Positions 29,034 to 38,554 of a stretch of DNA of 46,875 nt are shown one piece after another. The notes under the pieces were generated by a model. It was not told where the DNA came from and searched no databases. It worked only from the letters and a program-made list of their open reading frames with translations. The position numbers were made by a program, and so were the translations under genes. Each line of letters starts with the position of its first letter. The first letter of the stretch is position 1. Source of the stretch: a virus (Duplodnaviria; Caudoviricetes); the IMG/VR virus record IMGVR_UViG_3300023214_000244, positions 1-46,875 of that record. One strand, 5' to 3'.

Positions 29034-29286
29034 TGCCGGCTGTCTTGCGCACCTCTGGATCAGGGTGATACAGCCTCATGTAGCGCCATTTCTGCTGCTC
29101 TGACATATAGTCCGGCGGGGGCACATACTCCCGCCGGGCCCGGAGGACAGCATCCCGGGCAGAGCGCAGTTCCCTTAGCATCTGGGCCCCAAGCACCAGG
29201 GACACCAGAAGCAGGACGCTGAGGATCACCGTGGAGATGATCCAAGGGGCCCTGGGTTTTTCGCGGGAATCTTCGGACTGGCTCAT
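29002..29286 (-). CDS. Small single-TM membrane protein (possible superinfection exclusion/moron)
   Basis: GGAGG RBS; WIISTVILSVLLLVSLVLGA; counter-oriented next to attP. Confidence 0.55.
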   Translation of the reverse strand: MSQSEDSREKPRAPWIISTVILSVLLLVSLVLGAQMLRELRSARDAVLRARREYVPPPDYMSEQQKWRYMRLYHPDPEVRKTAGIILRTMHDEP

Positions 29287-29379
29287 GGCGCGCCTCCGCA
29301 GGGTATAATAGGGAATCCAAGTACCAAGGCAAGGATGAGCCAGGAAGAGGCTAGGCTTGTAGGGCCGCAAACGGGGTCG

Positions 29380-29632
29380 CCATGTCCCGCGCTTGTGTCT
29401 CGCACGGGACAGGATATGCTGCAAAACATCAGCCCTGGACAGGGCTTGGAGACAGAGGCGGGGACGCTCGACGCTATAATGGGAGTATTGCGCGAGTAGA
29501 GGCCAGTAGAGCTGGCGTTGTAAGTCCCTGGCGGAAGGGCGCCGAGTCGCGCCTAGATTCGCAATTCTGATGTCTTCATGACGTGTCCCGGGCGGGTAGA
29601 ACGCACCCATGTCCTGGGCTTTGTCCCGGGCA
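29380..29632. other. Putative attP region
   Basis: Non-coding gap upstream of the integrase; clustered TGTCCC/GGGACA-like arm repeats at 29383, 29396, 29406, 29436, 29449 and TGTCC(C/T)GGG at 29584, 29610, 29622. Confidence 0.5.
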
Positions 29633-29653
29633 ACACTCAAGGAGGACAGCATC

Positions 29654-30796
29654 ATGCGCACCAAGAAGCGGCACCTGTACCAGCAGGACGGAATCATCAT
29701 CGACCAGGTGGCCACGGGCTATCACGCCAGGGTCCGGGTGCCGGGCCAGGCGACCTACCGGAAGCGGACCTTCCGCCTGTTCGAGGCGGCCCTGGAATGG
29801 GCCAAGGGGCGGCAGGAATCGCTCGACGTGGGCGGGCCGGTGTCGGCATCCCTCGGGGAGGTGGCCAAGGCCTTCCTGCGGCAGATGGAGGCCCGCCAAT
29901 GCACATCAGCGAGCAAGGCCCGGGTCGTGCGGACGGCCAAGCGGGCCATTGCCGCGGGTATCCGGGACCTGGAGGCGGATGGCGTCGCCAAACAGGCCCA
30001 GGAATGGATAGAGGGCCTCACCAGCGCATCCACGGGCCGGCCTTTGGACCCGAAGTCGCGCAACATCTACGCCGTCACGCTGCGCTCGCTGGGCCGGTTG
30101 GCGGTGCAGGAGCGGATGATCCGCCGTAGTCCCTTCGAGCGACTGCGCCTGGTGCCGGTGGACGAGTCCAGCCCCGGGGTCTATCGGCTGTTTGACCTGC
30201 GCCGGGCGGCCGGGGATCGGTACGCCGGGACGCCTGGCTGGTGGGACTTCGTCTGGATCCTCTACACGGGGCTGCGGGTGACGACGGCGGCGCAGGCTAA
30301 GTGGTCCTGGGTCCACCTGGATGAGGAGGTGTTGCATGTGCCGGCCGGATGCCTCAAGGGGCGGCAGGGCCGGCGGCGGGATTTGATCGTGGACCTGCAG
30401 CCCGAGCTGGTGGACTTGCTGAAAATGCGCCAAGAGCAGCGGGACCCCAGCCCGGAGGACAGCATCCTGGATCCGGTCACCTTCAGCCGGGCCAGGGATC
30501 AGGTGACGCGGCGGGTGCGGAACTTCCTGGACGCCATCGGGATCGATCCGCCCGATCATCGCCTGGTGCATGCCCTGCGGCACACGCACGCCTGTCTGCT
30601 GGCGGCCAGCGGGGCCGATAGCTGGGACGTGCAGGACGCCCTGGGGCACCGGACCAGCAAGATGAGCCACCACTATGCCCAGCTGCGCCGCCTCTACCGC
30701 AAGGAGGTGCGGCAAGAGGGGTGGCCGCCCGGGGTCATATGTTTGCGCAGCCTGCCCGCGGCCGAGGACGAGGACTTGGTGGTCCTGGAGGGATGA
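29654..30796 (+). CDS. int: Tyrosine integrase
   Basis: AAGGAGG RBS; catalytic YTGLR, K (LKG), HALRH, LGH, HHY. Confidence 0.92.
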   Translation: MRTKKRHLYQQDGIIIDQVATGYHARVRVPGQATYRKRTFRLFEAALEWAKGRQESLDVGGPVSASLGEVAKAFLRQMEARQCTSASKARVVRTAKRAIAAGIRDLEADGVAKQAQEWIEGLTSASTGRPLDPKSRNIYAVTLRSLGRLAVQERMIRRSPFERLRLVPVDESSPGVYRLFDLRRAAGDRYAGTPGWWDFVWILYTGLRVTTAAQAKWSWVHLDEEVLHVPAGCLKGRQGRRRDLIVDLQPELVDLLKMRQEQRDPSPEDSILDPVTFSRARDQVTRRVRNFLDAIGIDPPDHRLVHALRHTHACLLAASGADSWDVQDALGHRTSKMSHHYAQLRRLYRKEVRQEGWPPGVICLRSLPAAEDEDLVVLEG

Positions 30797-31031
30797 TGAA
30801 AACCCCCTCTTAGATGTCAAAAACTTCCACTTGAATTGCGGGAGGGGCCATTCTAGGCTCCTCCCCGTTTTATCTGGGAGGACCTATTACATGTTGTTTG
30901 CTGATGCTTGGCAGGCTTTGTTCGTCGCGGGGGTCAACCTGCGGACAGCCTGCCGATCCAATTATTTGCTGGACTTCGAGCGGCGGATGGATCTGGACTT
31001 GGCCTTACTGCGTGAAGCCGTGGACGGCATC

Positions 31032-31511
31032 TCAGGTCACGGGCGCAGGTGCAGGCAAGGCGGCGTGGAGCTGTCGCAGCAGCTCCGCCTGCCGAGCGCT
31101 GAGCGAACGTAGGCGGCTGACCTCAGCCCGTAATCGTGCCAATTCCTGGGTCGGCTCATCGCCCGATCCTGCAGGGGGGACTGTATGCAATTTCATCAGC
31201 TCGGACAGTTCAGCGGACAGCCGCTGTTGCAGGCGGCGGCGGGCCAGCCACTTGGCCTGCAGCTCTGGACTGGCGTCCAGCAGGTGGAGCAGCTCGCGCA
31301 GGTACTCCGCCCGAGTGCCCTCCAGGCGCAGGGCGCGGATCCAGTCATCGATGCGGCGCAGTGGCACGGATCTGACCGAGCGGCCCTCCCCCAGGACCGC
31401 GGAGACAGGGCCGTGGTTGGCGTAGCCCAGCCGAGCGGCGAAGTCACGCAACGACCAGTCGCGGCGTCCCAGCTCGCGGAGGATAAATGAACGTAACTCC
31501 TGACGTACCAT
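31032..31511 (-). CDS. CI-like XRE HTH repressor
   Basis: WSLRDFAARLGYANHGPVSAVLG HTH; divergent from Cro-like gene. Confidence 0.75.
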   Translation of the reverse strand: MVRQELRSFILRELGRRDWSLRDFAARLGYANHGPVSAVLGEGRSVRSVPLRRIDDWIRALRLEGTRAEYLRELLHLLDASPELQAKWLARRRLQQRLSAELSELMKLHTVPPAGSGDEPTQELARLRAEVSRLRSLSARQAELLRQLHAALPAPAPVT

Positions 31512-31724
31512 TGTGCGGGCATTATCTGGAGGTGTCCCGCATGTGACAAGTCAAAAAAAACGTGGACGTAAAGGGTTTTGTGTCACAATCGGGACGCGAC
31601 ACCAAACGTGCCACACGTTAATACATTAACTTGACCGTCACAGATGGTCATGCGCTCGCCCCTGACGGAGGTGAGACGGGAGGACTCTAACGTGTGTGGT
31701 TCCAAAACTGTACCAGGAGACGCC
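31512..31724. promoter_or_regulatory. Immunity/genetic-switch region; leftward promoter TTGTCA-17-GATAAT (31549-31521)
   Basis: AT-richer divergent intergenic region; repeated TGTGACA/TGTCACA/GTCACA and AACGTG boxes; imperfect palindrome GTTAATACATTAAC. Confidence 0.65.
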
Positions 31725-31967
31725 ATGCAACTGAAGACCGCCATAGAGCGCCGGTTCCGACAGAGCAAACGCAGCGGCGGCGGTGGGCTGCGGGCCCAGG
31801 CTCAGCTGCTGGACGTGAGCCGCAGTACGCTGCACCGCTGGATGGAGGGGAAGGCGCTGCCGATACGCCGCGGTGATCTGCGCCGGTTGTCGGCTTGGTT
31901 GGGCGTGTCGGTCGAGGACGTGCAGGCCATGGTGACCGATCAAAAGAAGGAGGCTTCCAATGGCTGA
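31725..31967 (+). CDS. Cro-like HTH protein
   Basis: AGGAG RBS; LRAQAQLLDVSRSTLHRWMEG. Confidence 0.75.
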   Translation: MQLKTAIERRFRQSKRSGGGGLRAQAQLLDVSRSTLHRWMEGKALPIRRGDLRRLSAWLGVSVEDVQAMVTDQKKEASNG

Positions 31968-32259
31968 TCAGTTCATCGACCAGCTGGCCGAGGCCCTGGT
32001 CCCCCGGCTGGTCGAGCGGCTGGCGCCCAAGATCGCCGGCTACCTGAGCGACAACGAGAAAGACGAGTGTCAGATCATATCGCCCAACGAGGCACGGAAG
32101 ATGGCGCATTGCAGCAGCAACACCGTCTACGACGCCGTGAAGTCCGGAGAGCTGAAGGCCATTCGCGACGGCACTCGCTGGAAGGTGCGGGTCAGTGACG
32201 TGCGGGAGTGGATTCAGCGCCGTTGGGAGCTGAAGAATCAGGAGGCCCATGGTGGATGA
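31960..32259 (+). CDS. xis: Excisionase-like HTH protein
   Basis: ISPNEARKMAHCSSNTVYDAVKSGELKAIRDGTRWKV..SDVREWI. Confidence 0.8.
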   Translation: MADQFIDQLAEALVPRLVERLAPKIAGYLSDNEKDECQIISPNEARKMAHCSSNTVYDAVKSGELKAIRDGTRWKVRVSDVREWIQRRWELKNQEAHGG

Positions 32260-33313
32260 TCGACTGACCCACAGCCAGCGACTGTGTTTCATGAGCTGCC
32301 CGCAGATGCATGAGCATCGCTATGTCAGCCTGATCCGGCCAGCCGAGGACGGCAAGGCCCTGCGGATGGGCTCCGCCTTCCACGCGGCCCAGGAGGCGGT
32401 CAACCAGCGCCATCCCATGACATCTGTCTCTATCTGGGAGCTGGCCGGTCGGGAAATCGATCGGGTCTATAAATCGCTGGAGATGGAGGGACGCGACTAC
32501 GCCTATGAAATCGCCCAGGTACGGGCCATGGTGCGGGGCTACGTGGAGCGCTGGCAGGATCAGCCGTGGGAGTTCGTCGCTGCCGAGCAGCGGCTGGAAG
32601 GGCCGATCATCAACCCCGCGTCGGGTCGGCCCATGCGGGCGATGCGTAACGCCGGGAAGGCGGATGGCATCATCCGATGGGACGGCGATCGCTTGGCGCT
32701 GCTGGAATACAAGACGACCAGCGAAGACTTGGCGGCCGATTCCTTTCTGTGGGAGCATTACGGCCTGTCCTCGCAGCCGCTGTCCTACCTGTCGATGGCC
32801 AGGCATGCCGGCTGGGACGTGACGGCCGTGGTCTACGACGTGACCCGCAAGCCGCTCCTGCGGCCGAGGCAGATCCCCATCCTGGACGATGAGGGGCACA
32901 AGGTGGTCGTGGACGCTGAGGGGGGGCGGGTCTATCTGAACAGCGGCAAGCCCCGCCAGGCGGCAGACAGCCAGAAGGGTTGGACGGTCCTGTCCGAGAC
33001 TGAAACGCCGCACGAATACGAGGAGCGCATCGCCGAGGACATGCGGGATCGACCAGAGCATTATTTTGCCCGGCGCCAGATCCCGGTGCTCAGCCAGGAC
33101 CAGGCCGGGGCGGCCTATGACACCTGGGCCATCGCCAAAAATATCATGGCCGCCCGTGCCGACAGTCGGTGGCCGAAGAACACCAACCACTGCACGGCTT
33201 ACGGCCGCTGCCCCTACCTGCCGCTTTGCCTGGCCAACTGGCAGGAAGGTGACCCGCTGCCAGAGAACTTTTACCGATCCACCACGGCCCACCCGGAGCT
33301 TGACCATGCCTAG
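32249..33313 (+). CDS. PD-(D/E)XK (RecB/Cas4-like) recombination exonuclease
   Basis: GSAFH, GKADG, LEYKT, Q..SY, C-terminal C....C..LC plus N-terminal Cys. Confidence 0.85.
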   Translation: MVDDRLTHSQRLCFMSCPQMHEHRYVSLIRPAEDGKALRMGSAFHAAQEAVNQRHPMTSVSIWELAGREIDRVYKSLEMEGRDYAYEIAQVRAMVRGYVERWQDQPWEFVAAEQRLEGPIINPASGRPMRAMRNAGKADGIIRWDGDRLALLEYKTTSEDLAADSFLWEHYGLSSQPLSYLSMARHAGWDVTAVVYDVTRKPLLRPRQIPILDDEGHKVVVDAEGGRVYLNSGKPRQAADSQKGWTVLSETETPHEYEERIAEDMRDRPEHYFARRQIPVLSQDQAGAAYDTWAIAKNIMAARADSRWPKNTNHCTAYGRCPYLPLCLANWQEGDPLPENFYRSTTAHPELDHA

Positions 33314-34139
33314 TCCATTCGACACCGCGACCGCTGACACGACTACCGTGTCGGTGCCCACCTTCCAGACCCTCAAGCCGGGCGACGTGAAGTTGTCCAG
33401 CATAGCCTGTCTCTACGGCCCCAGCGGTGTCGGCAAGACCAGCGCCCTGGCCCACATTCCCGGGGTCGCCATGGTGCTGCCCAGTGGCGAGCTGGGCTAT
33501 CAGACGCTGCTCAAGCGCAGCCTGGTCCCCTCGGTGCCGTTCGTGCAGGTCGATCGATGGGAGCAGCTGCGCGAGCTGACCCTGCAGTTGTCCCGGGATT
33601 GCTCGGCCAAGGTCCTGGTCTTCGACTCACTGACGCCGATCGAGCGCATGTGTCACGAACATGTGTGCCGGAGGGAGTATCGCGGTGAATGGGGCGAGAA
33701 GGGATTCGGCGCCTTTAAGCGCGGTTACGATGTCAGCGTCCCCGAGTGGCGGCTGTGGCTCAGCGATCTGGAGCGCATCCGCGTGGATCAACGTGTCCCC
33801 ATCATCCTGGTCGGCCACTCGGAGATCAGGACCGTCAGCAATCCGATGGGTGATAATTACGATCAGGTTGTGCCGTCGCTGCACTTCAAAACGTGGGCGG
33901 CGACCCGCGGCGAGATGGATCATGTCCTCTACTACACCTACCTGACCGTGCTGGATGACCAGCGACGGGGCGGGCCCAAGGGTGTGGGTGGCCAGCAGCG
34001 GGTGATCTATACCAAGTACAACGACGCTTACGACGCGAAAAACAGAGCCGGCATGCCCGAGGTCCTCGATGTTCCCGACGATCCTGCGCAGGTGTGGCCG
34101 GTCATCCAGAACGCCATGAAGGGAGGCGAATCGAAATGA
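33306..34139 (+). CDS. Sak4-like AAA ATPase / single-strand annealing protein
   Basis: YGPSGVGKT, LVFDSLT, ILVGH, AKNR. Confidence 0.85.
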   Translation: MPSPFDTATADTTTVSVPTFQTLKPGDVKLSSIACLYGPSGVGKTSALAHIPGVAMVLPSGELGYQTLLKRSLVPSVPFVQVDRWEQLRELTLQLSRDCSAKVLVFDSLTPIERMCHEHVCRREYRGEWGEKGFGAFKRGYDVSVPEWRLWLSDLERIRVDQRVPIILVGHSEIRTVSNPMGDNYDQVVPSLHFKTWAATRGEMDHVLYYTYLTVLDDQRRGGPKGVGGQQRVIYTKYNDAYDAKNRAGMPEVLDVPDDPAQVWPVIQNAMKGGESK

Positions 34140-34660
34140 GACAAATGCCAGAGGGGGATTATCAAGGCCACGTCATTCGGCGAGCCGAAGCGGGCCGGCT
34201 GAAGAACGAGCGCAAGACACCCTATATCGACGTGTTCGTGGATCTGTCGGCCTACCGCCACAAGGGCAACTGGGTGGCCGTCCCCGAGGACGGGTCTCGG
34301 CAACGGGTGCGGCTCTTTCTGAGCGAGAAGGCCTTTCCCTACACCGTGCAGAAGCTCAACGGCCTGGGCTTTAACGGAAACTTCGACAGCCCCGAGCTGG
34401 AGTGCAGCGACCTGGTCGATCTGGTGTGCAGAAAGGACCGCGGTGGGTACGTGTCATTCGACTTCCCGAAGCTCGAGTCCGGCACCGAGCCACTGGACCG
34501 GACCACGGCCCAGCGATTGGCCGCACGCTATCGGCAGACCGGCGGACGACCCGCGTCCTCCGACCGGCCCCAAACGCAACCGGAGGAGGCGCCGGTCCAG
34601 TCGCCGACTCCCCAGCCCCCGGAGCCTCAGCCTGATGATGATGACCAGCCGGTATTTTGA
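34136..34660 (+). CDS. Putative ssDNA-binding protein
   Basis: MPEGDY N-terminus; acidic tail DDDDQPVF; follows Sak4. Confidence 0.7.
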   Translation: MRQMPEGDYQGHVIRRAEAGRLKNERKTPYIDVFVDLSAYRHKGNWVAVPEDGSRQRVRLFLSEKAFPYTVQKLNGLGFNGNFDSPELECSDLVDLVCRKDRGGYVSFDFPKLESGTEPLDRTTAQRLAARYRQTGGRPASSDRPQTQPEEAPVQSPTPQPPEPQPDDDDQPVF

Positions 34661-34985
34661 CATCGCCCCCTATCGCCGAGGCGATGGGTACTACGTCCTG
34701 GAACTGATCGAAGATCACCTGCGCTACGGGGCCCTGGCCTACGACAGCAGCCACTGGCTGGCGAGCGAGGGCGACCGCGTGCCGGTGGTCTATCGCAAGG
34801 AGCTTAAGAAAAAACCTGAGCCAGACGTGCGCCTGCTGCGCCTGGAGGGCTGGCGCGCCATCGAGCAGGGCATGGTGACCGAGCGCCAGAAGGAATTGCT
34901 GCGGGAGTTCCAAGTAGCGTGGGCCCAACACTGGGATTTCGTGGACCACATACGAGCCCCGGACGGCGAGGACCTCAGTCTATGA
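34635..34985 (+). CDS. Hypothetical protein
   Basis: Tiles the operon; ATGA overlap with the resolvase. Confidence 0.5.
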   Translation: MMMTSRYFDIAPYRRGDGYYVLELIEDHLRYGALAYDSSHWLASEGDRVPVVYRKELKKKPEPDVRLLRLEGWRAIEQGMVTERQKELLREFQVAWAQHWDFVDHIRAPDGEDLSL

Positions 34986-35446
34986 GGGGTGTTTGCATCG
35001 GGATCGACCCCGGGCGCAAGGGCGGGTGCGCCATTGTGATCGATGACCGCATAGTGGCCAGGAATCTGCCCTATGACGGCAAGGTGCTCGACATCACAGA
35101 CCTGCGCGACTGGATCGAAAGGGTGCGGGTGTATCGGCCGGTAAAGCTGGTGGCCATTGAGAGGCAAAGCGCGTTCCGCATGGGGGTCGCCTCAGCGATG
35201 AACTATGGGCGGTCCCTGGGACGGCTGGACGCGATGGCTGCCCTGTCCGGGTGGCCGGTCTTCACGCCGAGCGCTGTGGCCTGGCAGCGTGCGATCCTCG
35301 GCAAGTCGACCAAGGATAAGACGGTGGCGATAGCGCACGTCAAACAGCGCTGGCCAACGGTCGAGTGGCCTGCCCAGAAGGCGCTGCTGGACGGCATCGG
35401 TGACGCGGCGTGCCTGGCGGAATACGCCTGGAGGAGGATGCAATGA
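34982..35446 (+). CDS. RuvC-like Holliday junction resolvase
   Basis: IGIDPG, VAIER, W...ILG, DAACLA. Confidence 0.85.
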   Translation: MRGVCIGIDPGRKGGCAIVIDDRIVARNLPYDGKVLDITDLRDWIERVRVYRPVKLVAIERQSAFRMGVASAMNYGRSLGRLDAMAALSGWPVFTPSAVAWQRAILGKSTKDKTVAIAHVKQRWPTVEWPAQKALLDGIGDAACLAEYAWRRMQ

Positions 35447-35754
35447 TCGACAGAGCTATGGCCGGGCTTTCTGTGGTGGTGGGATCCGTGTCGTTCTTGC
35501 CGTCGTTTGTGATAGCCTGCCTGTGCCAGGGCACCAAGGCCGGGGTCGAATATGGCATGCGCCTGACAGGGTCCGAGCGCTCGGCCGAGGCTGAGCGACT
35601 GGCCAAGATCAGATCGATCATGACCAGGGCCAGCCTAGCCGCAAACATGTCCGATGACCGGCGCATCAAGCAACTGCGGGAGGTGCTCAGTGAGCGCGAG
35701 CTGCAGGAAATCTATCGGCTGGCACAGGATCCCAGCAATCAAGTTGCGTTCTGA
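35443..35754 (+). CDS. Hypothetical protein with N-terminal TM
   Basis: GGAGG RBS; ATGA overlap. Confidence 0.5.
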   Translation: MIDRAMAGLSVVVGSVSFLPSFVIACLCQGTKAGVEYGMRLTGSERSAEAERLAKIRSIMTRASLAANMSDDRRIKQLREVLSERELQEIYRLAQDPSNQVAF

Positions 35755-35759
35755 ACCGC

Positions 35760-35825
35760 AAAAATAAAACCCCCTCCCGTTGCCAGGAGGGGGTCCCTTA
35801 GCACACAAGGAGACACTCCATGTGT
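35760..35825 (-). ncRNA. Candidate small antisense RNA ending in an intrinsic terminator
   Basis: -10 TATACT (35837-35832); 5' hairpin; terminator ACCCCCUCCU-loop-GGGAGGGGGU-UUUAUUUUU; body complementary to the CCTAGCACAC..AAGGAG motifs. Confidence 0.5.
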
Positions 35826-35869
35826 GAAACCAGTATAGGCGTCAGCCTGGGCCGGCAAGAACTCCCGCG

Positions 35870-37126
35870 CTAGGGTTCGGCATCCTCCAGGGCATAGATC
35901 AAGTCCTCCATTTCGTTGAGGCTGGCGACCTGGGCCGGGTTGCCGTCTTGCCGAAGACGGCGCCGATAGTCGCGGCTGATGGTGCGCCACACCTGTACGA
36001 TCCGGCTCGTTGTGTCTGCTGGCTGCGGCGTTTGTACCACCTGGGGCCGCGGTTCAGGCACCGGCTCCGGAGCCGGTGCCGGGGCCGCCTCTGGCGCGAC
36101 ATCGGCGGCGGGGCGCCGGGTCAGCCGCTTGCCTGGTATCCTGCCCAGCTGCTCTTCGCTGAGATTTGCGAAGGCCCATGACAGCCAGTCATCGCAGGAC
36201 TGGAAGACGCAATCAGGGGTCGGAAGGGTCGTGTCGAACTTGCGGCTATTGATCCCGAGGCGCACGGACCGTTGCTGAGCACTGCGAAAGCCGAGGCCCA
36301 GGGCCTTGTCGATCACTCCGCGGGGAAATCCGACACTGATCATGTCCTTAAGGATTTCGGTTTGCCATTCGGTCCACCTCATTCGTGGGGAGCGCCCGTT
36401 GAGTTTTCGCGGTTCCCGAGGTTCTTTGGTGCGCTTCGGCTTGGCGTTCGCTGACGCCGGGAGTGCCGGTGGCTCGTCGCCAGCGAGGAACGCCTGCAGG
36501 ACTCGCCGGTCCTGGATGGGGCCCGTGACTCGCGGGGCCCCCTTGCGCAGCTTCCCCTTTGGCACCCCCTCTTTGTTTTTCGCCATCCGGCTCATCCGAC
36601 AGTTGACTGATGATCGGCTGCGCTGCACAGCCATGGCGATGTCATCAGTCGAATACCCTCGACTGCGCAGAGCCTTGGCGACCTCGATGTCGAATGGCCT
36701 CCATTTGTCCGTCATCTGCATGTCCTCCTGCGTCAACGGTTCTGGTCGGAGCCCGATCAAACACCGGGCCCAGTTGCGCGTCATCACCCAGCCCTGAGCC
36801 GGGTCTACTCGCATGAAAAAGTCCTTGAGCCGTCCCATCTGATAGCCGGCCGGCTCTGACCCTTGCAGGTCCTCGGCCAGGTCGTGGCACAGGCGCCGCA
36901 GTTCGTCGCAGCTGTGGCCCCAGTGGTAGCAGTCCTGGAATAGGGACAGACTGCGGATGGTGGCCGGCTCTTGCCAGGGGTCGCCGCAGTTCGCTAAGAC
37001 CTTATGCACCAAGCCCTTATCCGTTCGCGGGTCCGCCTCTGCACAATAGAGCCAGGCCCAGCCCCTGGTGGGCAGTGCCCCCAGAGGCTGGGCCTTTGCT
37101 CGGCGCCAGGTGCCTGGCCAGTCCAT
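35870..37126 (-). CDS. Hypothetical DNA-binding protein with HTH-like segments
   Basis: LRSRGYSTDDIAMAVQRSRSSV and WTEWQTEIL...LGLG..SAQQR..RLG repeats; long ORF. Confidence 0.6.
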   Translation of the reverse strand: MDWPGTWRRAKAQPLGALPTRGWAWLYCAEADPRTDKGLVHKVLANCGDPWQEPATIRSLSLFQDCYHWGHSCDELRRLCHDLAEDLQGSEPAGYQMGRLKDFFMRVDPAQGWVMTRNWARCLIGLRPEPLTQEDMQMTDKWRPFDIEVAKALRSRGYSTDDIAMAVQRSRSSVNCRMSRMAKNKEGVPKGKLRKGAPRVTGPIQDRRVLQAFLAGDEPPALPASANAKPKRTKEPREPRKLNGRSPRMRWTEWQTEILKDMISVGFPRGVIDKALGLGFRSAQQRSVRLGINSRKFDTTLPTPDCVFQSCDDWLSWAFANLSEEQLGRIPGKRLTRRPAADVAPEAAPAPAPEPVPEPRPQVVQTPQPADTTSRIVQVWRTISRDYRRRLRQDGNPAQVASLNEMEDLIYALEDAEP

Positions 37127-37274
37127 CGCTACTAACGTGTCTTGCACGACTCAACTCCCAAAAGGGAGTGAGACTATCCGTCACGTTTGGGACGCGCAAG
37201 GCCTTTCTTTTGTGTGTGCCTTGGGCCGCAGACGCATGGCCCAACGGACCCGGGCAGCCGCGGCTCGGATTCGA

Positions 37275-37511
37275 TCACTGCGTCGCATGGCTTCCCCTCC
37301 TCCGGGCTTCCAGGTCCAGACAGGCCTGGTCGATTACTTCTGGAGGGTAGATGTCGGATATATCAGAATACCGGACACGCTTATTGATGCTGGACAGGTA
37401 GAGGCCGCAGCCCACCAGGACCAGGTCACGGGACGGCCGCGGTTCGCGGTCCAGCCCGTGGTCCAGCATCCATGCGACCAACTCGCTGGCGGTGGCCTGG
37501 ATGTCATTCAT
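37275..37511 (-). CDS. Hypothetical protein
   Basis: ATGA coupling in the leftward operon. Confidence 0.55.
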   Translation of the reverse strand: MNDIQATASELVAWMLDHGLDREPRPSRDLVLVGCGLYLSSINKRVRYSDISDIYPPEVIDQACLDLEARRRGSHATQ

Positions 37512-37711
37512 GGCTCGCCGCCTTCCTGGGCCTTGATGACGGACCGGGACAGGTCCGACAGTGAGCCGGTCTCACTGCTGACCCAGTCCAGCCGGTCAGT
37601 CAGCGCATCGGGGAGGCGGTAGAGTCGGGCGAGTCGACAGGCCTTTGTGGCCGCGTCGTGGCTTGCGATCAGCAAGCCTATGATTTCGCCGCGCTTTCGG
37701 TCTTTGCTCAT
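37508..37711 (-). CDS. Hypothetical protein
   Basis: Preceded by CCCTAGCACGCAAGGA motif/RBS. Confidence 0.6.
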   Translation of the reverse strand: MSKDRKRGEIIGLLIASHDAATKACRLARLYRLPDALTDRLDWVSSETGSLSDLSRSVIKAQEGGEP

Positions 37712-37782
37712 TGTGATTTCCTTGCGTGCTAGGGTTTGGTGAAACATAACGCCGACGATCCCCCTGTAAAGGGGCGCCGTCG

Positions 37783-37965
37783 CTAGACCGACGCGACGGA
37801 TTCAGCGTCGCGCCGGATTTCTTCGGCCAGGTCCCGGATTTCCTCGGCGGTGATCCTGGCGACCTCGATGGATTGTCGGGTCGCATCGATGGACAGCAGG
37901 TGCAGCCGCCGGGACTTCCGGGCTATGGCCACCAGCAGGTGGTTGGTGATGTCATCTGATTGCAT
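37783..37965 (-). CDS. Hypothetical protein
   Basis: AAAGGGG RBS before MQSDDIT. Confidence 0.5.
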   Translation of the reverse strand: MQSDDITNHLLVAIARKSRRLHLLSIDATRQSIEVARITAEEIRDLAEEIRRDAESVASV

Positions 37966-37993
37966 TGGATCCCCTTTCGTGGGTGTGGTGGAT

Positions 37994-38299
37994 TTAGCGT
38001 CGGCTGCCGCGGTCGATGATTTCCACCAGCTGCGGTAGCGGTCCCTCGGGCCGGATGGCGGTGGAGACCAGGAAGTCGAGGCGAGTGCGTCGCTCCCCGC
38101 CAGCGACCGGAACGCGGGCGGTCCGGTACTGCTCCAGGCCGTTGCGCTGGGTCCGATGATGCCGGGCGGTGGCGCAATGCTCGGCCAGCTCGCCTTCGGC
38201 TCGACCCCAGATCGGGCCGCCGTCGTCATCCGGCCAGCCACAGATGGCTAGGTATTGGCGCACGGCGCGGGCCGTGAGGTACCAGCGATAGCGGGTCAT
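37994..38299 (-). CDS. Hypothetical protein
   Basis: AGGAGA RBS. Confidence 0.6.
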   Translation of the reverse strand: MTRYRWYLTARAVRQYLAICGWPDDDGGPIWGRAEGELAEHCATARHHRTQRNGLEQYRTARVPVAGGERRTRLDFLVSTAIRPEGPLPQLVEIIDRGSRR

Positions 38300-38554
38300 G
38301 TTATGATGTCTCCTGCCCGTGTGGGCGTGTGTGGGTCATGTTATGATGTCTCCTGCCCCGGTCAGGGGCGCTGTGGGCCGGTCAGGCCCGGTGGTGCCCC
38401 GGTCGGGGGCGGTGAGGTGGTGGTGGTACTGCCTCGCCCCCGGCGCCACCACAGCACCAGGGGGTCATCAGCAGGCCGGCCGGGCCGGCGGTGTCCGCCG
38501 CCTACGGGTGGTTCAGCGGACGCTATCGCGCCGCTGATCGTTGACGTTACTGAC

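Noticed and set aside
29500-29580. tRNA gene near the integrase
   Set aside because: No cloverleaf or TTCGA T-loop/CCA could be built
32249-33313. Cas4-like nuclease as a CRISPR adaptation gene
   Set aside because: It sits in the standard exonuclease-Sak4-SSB recombination module, far from the array
5361-33403. Many long antisense ORFs (e.g. 11175-12440, 14203-15642, 17821-19200, 32192-33403)
   Set aside because: Shadows of real genes in high-GC DNA; no motifs or RBS
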